NCBI GenBank assembly: GCA_963764625.1
Contig: CAVXTH010000007.1
Span: 32,001 to 96,000 of the forward strand
Length of the DNA stretch: 64,000 nt
Direction: 5' to 3'
Source of the DNA: Candidatus Krumholzibacteriota bacterium
GTDB lineage: Bacteria; Krumholzibacteriota; Krumholzibacteriia; JAJRXK01
Shown: positions 9,399 through 18,264 of the stretch, piece by piece
How the letters are laid out: every line of letters starts with the position of its first letter
How positions within the stretch are numbered: the first letter of the stretch is position 1
Notes under the pieces: model-generated
What the model saw: only the letters and a program-made list of their open reading frames with translations
Told to the model about the DNA's origin: nothing
Databases searched by the model: none
Program-made: the position numbers and the translations under genes

Positions 9399-12300
9399 AT
9401 GGCCATTCATTCCAACCCGAGAGCCGCCTGGCCGTCTCCAAGGCCTCTTTCCCTCGCTCTGCTTTGCGGGGCCTTGGTCCTTTTCTTGGCCTGCGCGGCT
9501 CACCCCGAAGAGACAGATCTTCCCGGGCCCTATACTCCGCTGCTGCCCCCCGAGTCCTTGGCGCAGGCCTCTGGGGCTTCGGGGAGTCAGGAGGAATCCG
9601 AGGGGATCCTCGACGCCCTGACGGCCCGGACCGCGACGCAGCCGCAGAGCTTTTCCAACTGGACTCACACGGTGATTTTGCAGCTCTCGTTGCAGCGGCC
9701 GCTGGGAGCGTTGCGGACTCTGGAGCGCGCGCGAAGCCTTGAGTGGTCCCCGGAGCAGAGCGCCCAACTGGACTTTCTAAAGGCGGCGGCCGAGGTGGCC
9801 GTCGAGCCTCTGGAGGATGACGCACTCATCGGAGAGGAACATCTGGATCGCGCCCAAACGATCTTTCGACGCCTGCACTCACGCCCGGACATGGAGTTGC
9901 CCGCCTCGTTCGGTCTGGCGTGGATCTCGTGCGAGATGGGTCATCCCTCGGCGGCGCGAGAACTCCTCGAATCGAAGACCGACTTTCCCCCGCGGGCGGC
10001 GCAGCGTTTGTGGGAGGCCATGGTGCGTGCCTGCGGCTCCACCATGGACAGTTGGTTGCCCCACTTCGAACGAGCCCGCGCGGAGAACGATCGCGCGAAG
10101 CTCTCGGCCGCCGCCCGTCTGGCGCCCGGTCCCTACCTTCTCTATCTGCAGCAAGCGTTGGATGCCCCCATCGAAGAGGGCCTCTCCCTGGGCCGGGGTG
10201 GGCGCGCCGTGGATTTCTCCGCCGTCGATTCCCTCTTGAAGAGAGTGGAGCCTCCTTTTCCCGGCGCGTACTCGGGAGTTCGTGCCCGCATGCAGACCAT
10301 CCGAGGTCTCGATGGGCACGAGGGGTTGAGAGCTCTTTCGCTGGTGAGAGCGCTCCATCGCTTCGATGCCACCTTTGCCGACAAAGAGCTTGTGTGGCAA
10401 CGGCGCTGTGAGCTGGCGGTGCAGCTCTCCGAAGGCAGGGCCGATTCGTGTGAGGCCATGGGACTATGGTATCTGGCGGGACGCTGGCATTGGGGGCGTG
10501 GATTCGCCCAGGCGCAGCTCGGTCGACCCCTGGAGCAGGTTAAGGAATACGAAGCCGCGCTCGAGGCGGCCAAGAGACTCACTGACGCCGCATATCTTTC
10601 CAAAACGGCGTTCAATCTCTTCATGGTATGCGACGAAACCGCCAAGCAAGCGCAGCGCCTGGAGCTTCTTCCCATGCTGGTGAAGCTCGCGGAACAGAAG
10701 GGCGTCTCGGTTGCGGAGGTGGAAGTGGCCGAAGGAAGGGCGTACGAGGATCTCGGTGATCTCGAAAAGGCGTGGCGGATTACGACGAACGCGTATCGAG
10801 AGAGCCGTCGTCACGGAGCTCCTTACACTCAGATCACGGCGCTTTCGAATCTGGCGGGGCTGGCTCTTCGGCGGAATGAAAATGAAACGGCCTCGCGCTA
10901 CGCGCGTGCGATCCTCGCGCGGACTCGACCGGAAGATCTCCCGCCGCGTCTGCCCTCGTATGGAGAAGGTATTCTCGCGATGCGCACCTGGGCCATGCTG
11001 GATCTCGGCAAGGCTCTGCCCCCGAATGACCCGGAGCGCTTGAAGTGGTACGAGAGCGCCGAAAGCTCGGCTCGCGGACAGGAACAGTACGCGCAGCTGC
11101 TCCACATCCGATTGGCCAGGGCCGAAGAGTATCTGGACGAAAACGACCTGTTCGCCGCCACCAAGACGCTTGCTTCCGCGCGTGCGCTCGCCTTGCGCCA
11201 CGACTACGAGTACGGACTCTGGAGGGTCGACGCGCTCCAGGCTCGCTGCGAGAAATTGGCGGGAGACTACCAGGCAGCCGCGCGTAGCTACGATGCCGCT
11301 CTGCGGGGTTTGGAGGGGATCAGCGAACACATCAACAATGCGGAGCACCGGGCCGGGTTCCTCTTACCCGCCTCGAGGGTCTTTCAGGACGCGATTACGC
11401 TCTTGCGCGGGCCCCTGCACGATCCGTCCACGGCGTATGCCGTCGACGAGCGAGCGCGGGCACGAGCTCTCCTTCAGAGAGTCAGCGGGAAGGTCTCGGG
11501 TTCGCAGCTTCGCAGCGCCGCCGAAGTTTGCTCCAGTTTGCGGGACGATCAGGTGCTACTCCAATACCGCGTTCATGAGGATGGAATCGATCTCTGGATT
11601 CTGACTTCCACCGGGATTCGCCTCGAGGAGATCGCGCAAAAGGAGAGCGAGCTTCAAGAGAACATCCAGCGTTGGCGGACCGAAATCGGGCGAGGCTTCA
11701 CCAGTAGCTTGGGAGCGAAGCTAGGTTCGCTTCTGTTGACCCCGGCCGCCGGTGAGTTGGCGGTCAGCGATCAGGTCGTCGTCGTCACGGACGAACCGCT
11801 GAGCCGCGTACCCTTCGCGTTGCTGCGACTCGATGGCGAGTACCTCCTCCAGCGCCACGCCGTTTCGTGTGAACTGAGCGGAAGTATCCGCTGCGCCCTG
11901 ATGGAAAGAAAACCGCTCGGCCCGAAAGAGGGTGTCCTGGCGGTAGGCTACGGTGGTGGTACGGCCGCGCAGACACTGCACCTGCGGGAGCTTCCTTTCG
12001 TGGAATCCGAGGCAAGCCTGGTGGCGGGGTTGGCGTCCAGTAGCCGGCTGCTCCTGGGCGAACACGCCACCGCCGACAGTGTGGCCGCGTTGTTGCCCGA
12101 GGCGGGCATACTTCATCTCGCGGCGCATGCCGGACTCGATGCGTTTGGTGAACCGTTTTTGCTGCTGGCGCCCCGAAAGGATGGGGATGGACTCGTTCAT
12201 GGAGAGCAGCTCTCCGCTTGGCCTCTAAACAAGGTGTCGTTGGTGACTCTAGCCGGTTGCGAGACAGCGCGACTCGGCTCATCCGAAGTACAGGGTGATC

Positions 12301-12530
12301 TCTCCTCTCTGGGCGTTTCCGTTTTTGCAGGGGGAAGTCGGGATCTAATCGCGTCTTTATGGAGTGTGGGGGACGACTCGACCATGAGACTCATGGCCTT
12401 GTTCTATCGAGAACTGTTCGAATCTCGTCGTTCTCCGGTTCAAGCACTCCGACACGCTCAGTTGGAATTGGCAGGCTCGGACGGGGCTTTGGAGCGTGAG
12501 TGGGGCGCGTTTTGTTTCTTCGGCCCTTGA
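9399..12530 (+). CDS. TPR-CHAT (caspase HetF-associated with TPRs) protease with predicted lipoprotein signal
   Basis: Hydrophobic N-terminus ending LFLA-C; TPR-like helices; CHAT motifs LSRVPFALL, LPFVESEA, ILHLAAHA (His), LVTLAGCET (Cys), IASLWSVGD, ALRHAQL, WGAF. Confidence 0.92.
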   Translation: MAIHSNPRAAWPSPRPLSLALLCGALVLFLACAAHPEETDLPGPYTPLLPPESLAQASGASGSQEESEGILDALTARTATQPQSFSNWTHTVILQLSLQRPLGALRTLERARSLEWSPEQSAQLDFLKAAAEVAVEPLEDDALIGEEHLDRAQTIFRRLHSRPDMELPASFGLAWISCEMGHPSAARELLESKTDFPPRAAQRLWEAMVRACGSTMDSWLPHFERARAENDRAKLSAAARLAPGPYLLYLQQALDAPIEEGLSLGRGGRAVDFSAVDSLLKRVEPPFPGAYSGVRARMQTIRGLDGHEGLRALSLVRALHRFDATFADKELVWQRRCELAVQLSEGRADSCEAMGLWYLAGRWHWGRGFAQAQLGRPLEQVKEYEAALEAAKRLTDAAYLSKTAFNLFMVCDETAKQAQRLELLPMLVKLAEQKGVSVAEVEVAEGRAYEDLGDLEKAWRITTNAYRESRRHGAPYTQITALSNLAGLALRRNENETASRYARAILARTRPEDLPPRLPSYGEGILAMRTWAMLDLGKALPPNDPERLKWYESAESSARGQEQYAQLLHIRLARAEEYLDENDLFAATKTLASARALALRHDYEYGLWRVDALQARCEKLAGDYQAAARSYDAALRGLEGISEHINNAEHRAGFLLPASRVFQDAITLLRGPLHDPSTAYAVDERARARALLQRVSGKVSGSQLRSAAEVCSSLRDDQVLLQYRVHEDGIDLWILTSTGIRLEEIAQKESELQENIQRWRTEIGRGFTSSLGAKLGSLLLTPAAGELAVSDQVVVVTDEPLSRVPFALLRLDGEYLLQRHAVSCELSGSIRCALMERKPLGPKEGVLAVGYGGGTAAQTLHLRELPFVESEASLVAGLASSSRLLLGEHATADSVAALLPEAGILHLAAHAGLDAFGEPFLLLAPRKDGDGLVHGEQLSAWPLNKVSLVTLAGCETARLGSSEVQGDLSSLGVSVFAGGSRDLIASLWSVGDDSTMRLMALFYRELFESRRSPVQALRHAQLELAGSDGALEREWGAFCFFGP

Positions 12531-12553
12531 CCCCTCGTTTCAGGAGGCGCGCG

Positions 12554-13219
12554 ATGAGCCACTTCAAGGCCTGCAATCTAGAAAAGGACAATGCGGCACT
12601 TCCCGGATCCATGGAAAATTCCTGTCTTTCGGTGCGCACCGGCAAGATGTCCTTCATTCAGTTCGGTTTCCGTCAAGATCCAGGTGCGAAGGTAACAGGC
12701 AAGTTTCAATCGGATAAAGTGGTCCTCCTGGTGCTCAACGACCACCGTAATGTCCAGTACCAGATCGAGAACGGGAACGAGGTCCTCGATCTGAGCTCAC
12801 AGCAGCTGAAGGATCACGTCTGCATCCTGTGGCCAAAAGGCAAGACGGTGCCCGTCGAGCTCTCACCCGAATACCTCTTTGGACACCGTTCGCCGGACAC
12901 CAGGGGACAGGGCGAACGGATCTGGCCCCGCGAGTCCTACACGGACGATCAGGGGATCCGCAGAGACTGGGATTCGGCCCTGGTCTTCCGGGACCCTTCG
13001 AACCAGTACGCCTACGAGTATCGAACCGGCGCCGACGGGTGCACCGACGATTACCGCTTCGCCCTCGAGTCGGAGGAGATCGTCGCGTGGCTCTGGAAAA
13101 AGGATGAGAGCGCGCCGAAGCTCCTGCTTCCGGAGGGACAGACCGTGACCCGCGCCCTGCAGGCCGAGAGCGGTGGCGCCCAGGGAGAAGGAGGCGCTTT
13201 GCCTTACCCTCCGGGCTAG
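12554..13219 (+). CDS. Hypothetical beta-rich protein with Gly/Pro C-terminal tail
   Basis: ATG at 12554 after AGGAGG; 221 aa; lies tightly between the CHAT and S8 genes; ends GGAQGEGGALPYPPG. Confidence 0.75.
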   Translation: MSHFKACNLEKDNAALPGSMENSCLSVRTGKMSFIQFGFRQDPGAKVTGKFQSDKVVLLVLNDHRNVQYQIENGNEVLDLSSQQLKDHVCILWPKGKTVPVELSPEYLFGHRSPDTRGQGERIWPRESYTDDQGIRRDWDSALVFRDPSNQYAYEYRTGADGCTDDYRFALESEEIVAWLWKKDESAPKLLLPEGQTVTRALQAESGGAQGEGGALPYPPG

Positions 13220-13228
13220 AGCGAGGCC

Positions 13229-14659
13229 ATGCCGTCGCCCGCGAGCGAGGGGAAAGCGGCGCTGCTGGTTCAGGGGTACTGGCGCACCGGGTCTTCGGCG
13301 CCGCCCGCTTCCCGCGCGAAGTTGCTTCGAGAATGCTCAGGTATTTCCACGGACTTGAGCGAGAGGATTCAGGCCTCGCTGCCCTCGGCCTCGGTAGAGG
13401 GTAGCCTGGCCCTTGCGCCGCTCTTGTACGTCCGATGTGACGCCGCAAAAACGGCGGGCTTCGTCGAGGAACTTCGTGGCTGGAAGCAAGTCGAGCGCGT
13501 CGAGGAAGTCCTCCCCGAACCAAAGAACGCGAGGCCGGCTCTTGTTCCGCTTGCTCCACGTCTTTTGAACTCGGAGTTGATCGTCGGCTTCGCGGATATC
13601 GGCACACCCGACCTCCGCTCTCCGCTCCTTCGTTCTCTGCTCCCGCGCTTCGATGGAGCCCCCTCTTTCGATTTCCACGGGGAGGGCTTGCGAGGCGGTC
13701 ATCCCACGGCGGTTCTTGCCTGCTTCCTTGAGGCCCTCCAAACGGACGACTTTCCTCGCTGTGTTTTCGAGAGTCTCAGTCTTGACGCGGGACCCTTCGC
13801 CTGGCTCGCGGCTCTGGACCGACTGCTCTGCCGCGGAGCGGCCGTCGTCAACTTGAGCTACGGTCGTCTTCCCCTCGAACGAGAAATGGGGTGGGGTGGC
13901 CTCGCGTGGGGCACCGAGCTCTTGTGCCGAAGCAGTGGTGCCGTCGTCGTTGCCGCCGCGGGACGGCTCGATACCGAATTGCGCCTGGGGCAGCATCTCT
14001 ATTTGCCCGCTTCCGCTCCGCACGTGCTGGTCGCCGACGAGAGGGGGCGCACGGGCGCGGGCCGTGCGAGGGGCGAGGGGGAGAAAGTCCTTCTTGCCTC
14101 CCGAGCCAATCCTACCGGAGGACGGCCCGGATCCTCCTACTCCACGCCGCGCATCGTCGCACGGGTGGTAGATGCCCTTCGCGTGCTTGGCGAGCCCGCG
14201 CGCGATTACGAGTCGCTCGTGGCCCTTCTGCTCGCCTCGGCGCGCCCCCATGCTTCGGACTCTCTCAGTCCCGGCTCTCCCGATCGAAAACGCCTGCGGC
14301 GAATCGTGGCGACCGGGAGTCTCATCACCGGCACCTCAAGCCGGAGCCTGGAGCTTCCTCGTTCGGTGGGGATTCCCCTCCGCCTTGCGATCGCCTGGCG
14401 GGATTCCGGACAACAGGCGCGACTCATCGCTCCCTCGTGCCGACGCCTCTACCGGCTCCGCCGGGCCGCGCAGTGGATGGTCATGGACTTTCTCCCCGGC
14501 GATTCCCGGCTCCACGTGCTCCGAGTCGGCGGCCGGTGGACGGCGGCCTGGTTGCCTCTGACGAAGGGTGATCTCTCGTGCTTGCGAAGCGCCAAGCCGC
14601 GTTCTGGCGAGCGATCTCTACCGCTTGGGGCGGCGCTCCCGCGCCCAGCAGCATTCTGA
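13229..14659 (+). CDS. Divergent S8 (subtilisin-like) serine protease
   Basis: Triad-like motifs VGFADIG (Asp), GHPTAV (His) and GSSYSTP (Ser); also VVNLSYG, VVVAAAG, LVALLLASA and LRLAIAW. Confidence 0.75.
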   Translation: MPSPASEGKAALLVQGYWRTGSSAPPASRAKLLRECSGISTDLSERIQASLPSASVEGSLALAPLLYVRCDAAKTAGFVEELRGWKQVERVEEVLPEPKNARPALVPLAPRLLNSELIVGFADIGTPDLRSPLLRSLLPRFDGAPSFDFHGEGLRGGHPTAVLACFLEALQTDDFPRCVFESLSLDAGPFAWLAALDRLLCRGAAVVNLSYGRLPLEREMGWGGLAWGTELLCRSSGAVVVAAAGRLDTELRLGQHLYLPASAPHVLVADERGRTGAGRARGEGEKVLLASRANPTGGRPGSSYSTPRIVARVVDALRVLGEPARDYESLVALLLASARPHASDSLSPGSPDRKRLRRIVATGSLITGTSSRSLELPRSVGIPLRLAIAWRDSGQQARLIAPSCRRLYRLRRAAQWMVMDFLPGDSRLHVLRVGGRWTAAWLPLTKGDLSCLRSAKPRSGERSLPLGAALPRPAAF

Positions 14660-14717
14660 GCTTTTCTCCTCCGTCGAAGCGGGCCATATTCACCTGAGTC
14701 TCAATCAGGGAGTGATC

Positions 14718-15740
14718 ATGGTGCGCAAGCCGGTTGTTCTGGTGACGGGGGCCAACGGCGAGATCGGCCACGGTCTCATCGAGAGAATCGCCCGTGAGGG
14801 GGATAAGGACGTGCTCGCGGTCGATCTCCTACCTCTCGACGAAGAGCTACGCACCTTCTGTCATGACGCGTTCGTGGGCAGCATTCTCGATACCCACCTG
14901 ACCGAGCGTATCGTCAGCCAGTACGAAGTGGTGGAGATCTACCATCTGGCCGCCCTGCTTTCCACCCGAGCAGAATTCACTCCGGAAACGGCGCACCAGG
15001 TGAACGTCGAGGGTACTCTGGGGCTTCTGCAGCTGGCGCTCGAGCAATCGAGCTGGCGTGGGGAAGCGGTGAAATTTCTCTTTCCCAGTTCGATCGCGGT
15101 CTACGGCCTGCCGGACTTGAAGACCAAAGTACGTGCGGGACGCGTGAAGGAACACGAGTGGATCGCGCCCACCACCATGTACGGATGCAACAAGCTCTAC
15201 TGCGAGGCGTTGGGCCGTTACTTCTCGCGCTACTACCGCCAGCTTGCCTCAGAGCCGGATCAACGCACCGTCGACTTCCGCAGCATCCGTTTTCCCGGCC
15301 TCATCTCCGCGGTCACCCTGCCCAGCGGAGGAACCAGCGACTTCGCGCCCGAGATGCTTCACGCCGCCGCCAAGGGCGAGTCCTACGCATGTTTCGTTCG
15401 GGAGGATACCACCATCCCCTTCATGGCCATGCCCGACGCGGTGGACGCAATCCTGGCGCTGACCGAGGCCCCGCGGGAAAGCCTGCGCCATTCGGTGTAC
15501 AACATCTCCTCCTTCGCGGTCAGCGCCGGAGAACTGGCGCAGAAGGTGCGCGAGTACTACGCCAACGCGAATATCTCCTTCGTGCCCGACTTGAAACGGC
15601 AGGGCATCGTGGACACCTGGCCGATGGATACGAACGACGAGGCGGCGCGCCAGGATTGGGGATTCGACCCCCACTTCGGTTTCGATCAATCGTTCACCGA
15701 ATATCTCGTGCCCGCGATGCGCGAACTCTACGCTCGTTGA
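14718..15740 (+). CDS. NAD-dependent epimerase/dehydratase family, probable L-threonine 3-dehydrogenase (SDR type)
   Basis: VTGANGEIG, YHLAALLS, PTTMYGCNK, RFPGLIS, GGTSDFAPEM; ATG at 14718. Confidence 0.85.
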   Translation: MVRKPVVLVTGANGEIGHGLIERIAREGDKDVLAVDLLPLDEELRTFCHDAFVGSILDTHLTERIVSQYEVVEIYHLAALLSTRAEFTPETAHQVNVEGTLGLLQLALEQSSWRGEAVKFLFPSSIAVYGLPDLKTKVRAGRVKEHEWIAPTTMYGCNKLYCEALGRYFSRYYRQLASEPDQRTVDFRSIRFPGLISAVTLPSGGTSDFAPEMLHAAAKGESYACFVREDTTIPFMAMPDAVDAILALTEAPRESLRHSVYNISSFAVSAGELAQKVREYYANANISFVPDLKRQGIVDTWPMDTNDEAARQDWGFDPHFGFDQSFTEYLVPAMRELYAR

Positions 15741-15854
15741 GCGCCTGCTCTGGCCCAAACTTGCGCCTGTTCTCGAGCTCTCCCGCTACCTACTTTGGAG
15801 CGCGGTAACGCGTTCTCAACGCGCGTATAGATAGCTTGGCGCAGGAGGATAGTG

Positions 15855-17333
15855 ATGAGTGTCTCGGTCTTCGAGAAACTGGAACCCGCTCTCATTTGGA
15901 AACACTTCGAAGCTTTGACCAGCATCCGGCGCCCCTCCGGAGAAGAGGAGCAGGCCCAGGATTACGTGAGAAGCTGGGCCAAGGAGCGCGGGTTCCCGCT
16001 GCTGGAAGATGCGACCGGCAACCTGGTCGTCCAGGTGCCCGCTACAGAGGGGAAGGAGAAGGCCCCCGTGGTCATCCTCCAGGGGCATCTCGACATGGTC
16101 TGCGAACGCAATTCGGACAGTCCCTACGATTCCTTTGCGGGCCGATTGCATCTCCTGCGCAAGGACGACTGGATCACGGCCGACGGCACCACCCTCGGCG
16201 CGGACAACGGTATCGGGGTGTGCGCGGGGATGGCGGTGGCGGACGACCCTGCGCTGGAGCACGGTCCGCTAGAACTTCTCTATACCATCGACGAAGAGAC
16301 GGGCATGACCGGCGCGCGCGGACTCTCCACCGACATGCTGCGCGGAAAAGCAATGCTGAATCTCGACTCAGAGGATGATGACCTCATATTCGTGGGATGT
16401 TCGGGCGGAAAAGATACGCAATACCGGATGCCCATCACTCGGGAATCGGTGCCCGACGGTCACGTGGCCCGTGCGCTGCGGATCAGCGGACTCAAGGGCG
16501 GTCACTCGGGTCTGGACATCAACCACAACCGTATGAATGCGATCCAGGCTCTGGTTCGAGTACTGGACGAGGCGCGCCGCGAAGCGCCCTTCGAGCTGCT
16601 TCAGCTGGAGGGGGGCAAGATGCGCAACGCAATTCCACGCGAGGCGCAGGCCCTGATCTCTCTCGATCCCGTGCGCGAAGATGCGCTTCAGGCCGTGGTG
16701 AAAACCGCTACCGAGGAGTTGCGCGAGCAATATCGCGGCTTCGATGACGGTTTCACCCTGCAGTTCGAGGCGGTCGATGAGGGGGACCAACGCCTGAAAG
16801 CCGGTGTTTTCACCGCGGACGTGACGGATCGTCTCCTCGCGTTTCTGCGGGCGCTTCCCAGCGGAGTGGTGGCGATGAGCCAGGACATCGAGGGGCTGGT
16901 CGAGACCTCGACTAATTTGGGTGTGCTCAAGACCGGCTCCGATGCGGTCGAGGTCGTGTCGTGCTCGCGCTCCTCGGTGGCCGAAGCCCTGAAGATGGTG
17001 CTCGGACAACTCTCCTCGATCGCCCATCTCGCCCAAGTAGAAGCGGAAGAGGTCGGTGGGTATCCGGGTTGGAAGCCCAAGCTGGATTCGATGGCGCTGA
17101 AGGCGGCGAAGGAGAGCTACCAGCGGCTGTTCGGGGAGGAGCCCCATGTGACCGCCATCCACGCGGGACTGGAGTGTGGGCTCATCGGAGAACACCTGCC
17201 CGGGATCGACATGGTCTCTTTCGGTCCCTCGATCCGAGGGGCGCACTCACCCGACGAGCGGGTGAGCATCGCCTCGGTGCAGAAGTTCTACCGGCTCTTG
17301 GGCGAGGTGCTGAGGAGCTTGGCGCAGCTCTGA
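15855..17333 (+). CDS. pepD: Aminoacyl-histidine dipeptidase (peptidase M20C)
   Basis: LQGHLDMVCE, TTLGADNGIG, DEETGMTGA, GGHSG, IHAGLECG, GAHSPDE. Confidence 0.93.
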   Translation: MSVSVFEKLEPALIWKHFEALTSIRRPSGEEEQAQDYVRSWAKERGFPLLEDATGNLVVQVPATEGKEKAPVVILQGHLDMVCERNSDSPYDSFAGRLHLLRKDDWITADGTTLGADNGIGVCAGMAVADDPALEHGPLELLYTIDEETGMTGARGLSTDMLRGKAMLNLDSEDDDLIFVGCSGGKDTQYRMPITRESVPDGHVARALRISGLKGGHSGLDINHNRMNAIQALVRVLDEARREAPFELLQLEGGKMRNAIPREAQALISLDPVREDALQAVVKTATEELREQYRGFDDGFTLQFEAVDEGDQRLKAGVFTADVTDRLLAFLRALPSGVVAMSQDIEGLVETSTNLGVLKTGSDAVEVVSCSRSSVAEALKMVLGQLSSIAHLAQVEAEEVGGYPGWKPKLDSMALKAAKESYQRLFGEEPHVTAIHAGLECGLIGEHLPGIDMVSFGPSIRGAHSPDERVSIASVQKFYRLLGEVLRSLAQL

Positions 17334-17409
17334 GGCGCCAGTTCCAAGTCCCGTCGCTGCGACGAAAGAGACGAGGGGTCCCGGTTTGGGTGCACGATCC
17401 GCTGGTCGT

Positions 17410-17443
17410 TTGACATTGGTGGGTTTTAAGCATATGTTCATAA
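17410..17443 (+). promoter_or_regulatory. Sigma70-type promoter with overlapping palindromic operator
   Basis: TTGACA(17410)-N17-TATGTT(17433); imperfect dyad TTTTAAGCATATGTTCATAA (17424-17443) centred on CATATG. Confidence 0.65.
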
Positions 17444-17464
17444 CTACTTGAGCCGGAGGAGACC

Positions 17465-17887
17465 ATGCCCCGCCCACCAGTCCCCCGACGGATCTCACGC
17501 GGTCTGAGTACTTTGGTCTTCAAGCCGCGCGGGGTACCCACGAGTGGGCTCAGCACTCTCGAACTCACCCTCGATGGACTCGAAGCGCTGCGACTTGCCG
17601 ATCAAGAGGGTCTCTATCAGGAAGAGGCCGCGCGGCGCATGGGGGTTTCCCGGGCGACCTTCGCGCGAATCGTTGCCGAGGCCCGGCGAACGGTGGCCAA
17701 GGCGCTGCTCGAGAGAAAGGCTCTGGTGGTGAGAGGGGGAACGGTTGAGCGGGAGGAACGTCAAACGTGGCCGTGTCCGGTCCACGGACACCGGCATCGC
17801 CAGGGGCGGGGATGCCGCTGCCAAAAATCGAGGCCAAGAGGAGGAGAGCATGGAAACGCAAAAACGGACGATCGCGATCGCGAGTAG
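17465..17887 (+). CDS. DUF134 (UPF0251) HTH domain protein
   Basis: MPRPPVPRRI, FKPRG, LEALRLADQEGLYQEEAARRMGVSRATF. Confidence 0.9.
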   Translation: MPRPPVPRRISRGLSTLVFKPRGVPTSGLSTLELTLDGLEALRLADQEGLYQEEAARRMGVSRATFARIVAEARRTVAKALLERKALVVRGGTVEREERQTWPCPVHGHRHRQGRGCRCQKSRPRGGEHGNAKTDDRDRE

Positions 17888-18236
17888 CGGCACGCTCGGA
17901 TTGAAGGGGAGTGTCAGTCAACACTTCGGCCACTGCCGGAGTTGGGTGCTCGTGACGATCGAGGGGGAGGAGATCCTCGACGTTCGCACCGTGGCCAATC
18001 CCTTCGAGCATGAGCACAGTTGTTCGGCGGTGGCCGGGTTCATCTCCGAACAGGGAGCAAACGTGGTCCTGGCCGGGGGCCTCGGACGCAACGCCCACGG
18101 CCATCTTCTGAGCCTCGGGATCGAGGCGGTTTCCGGCTTCAGCGGGGGGGTCGACCAAGCCCTGCGCGCCTGGATGAGCGGGGCGAAGCCAGGACCGGCG
18201 CTCTGTGATCACAACCTGTCCCGGCACGACCACTAG
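17850..18236 (+). CDS. NifB/NifX-family (dinitrogenase FeMo-cofactor domain) protein
   Basis: IAIAS...VSQHFGHC, VVLAGGLG; ATG at 17850 after GAGGAG. Confidence 0.88.
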   Translation: METQKRTIAIASSGTLGLKGSVSQHFGHCRSWVLVTIEGEEILDVRTVANPFEHEHSCSAVAGFISEQGANVVLAGGLGRNAHGHLLSLGIEAVSGFSGGVDQALRAWMSGAKPGPALCDHNLSRHDH

Positions 18237-18264
18237 AGCAGCGCGAACTGGCCGAGGCGTACTC

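Noticed and set aside
12554-13219. Firm call as a bacterial gasdermin
   Set aside because: The context and N-terminal Cys are suggestive, but I recognise no gasdermin sequence motifs and the protein is somewhat short. Kept only as a hypothesis.
7568-14659. Type III-E CRISPR (Craspase) locus
   Set aside because: TPR-CHAT and a sigma factor are present, but there is no Cas7-11, other cas gene or repeat-spacer array in the window.
17850-18236. Nitrogen fixation gene
   Set aside because: The NifX-like domain is widespread in non-diazotrophs, and there is no nifHDK here.
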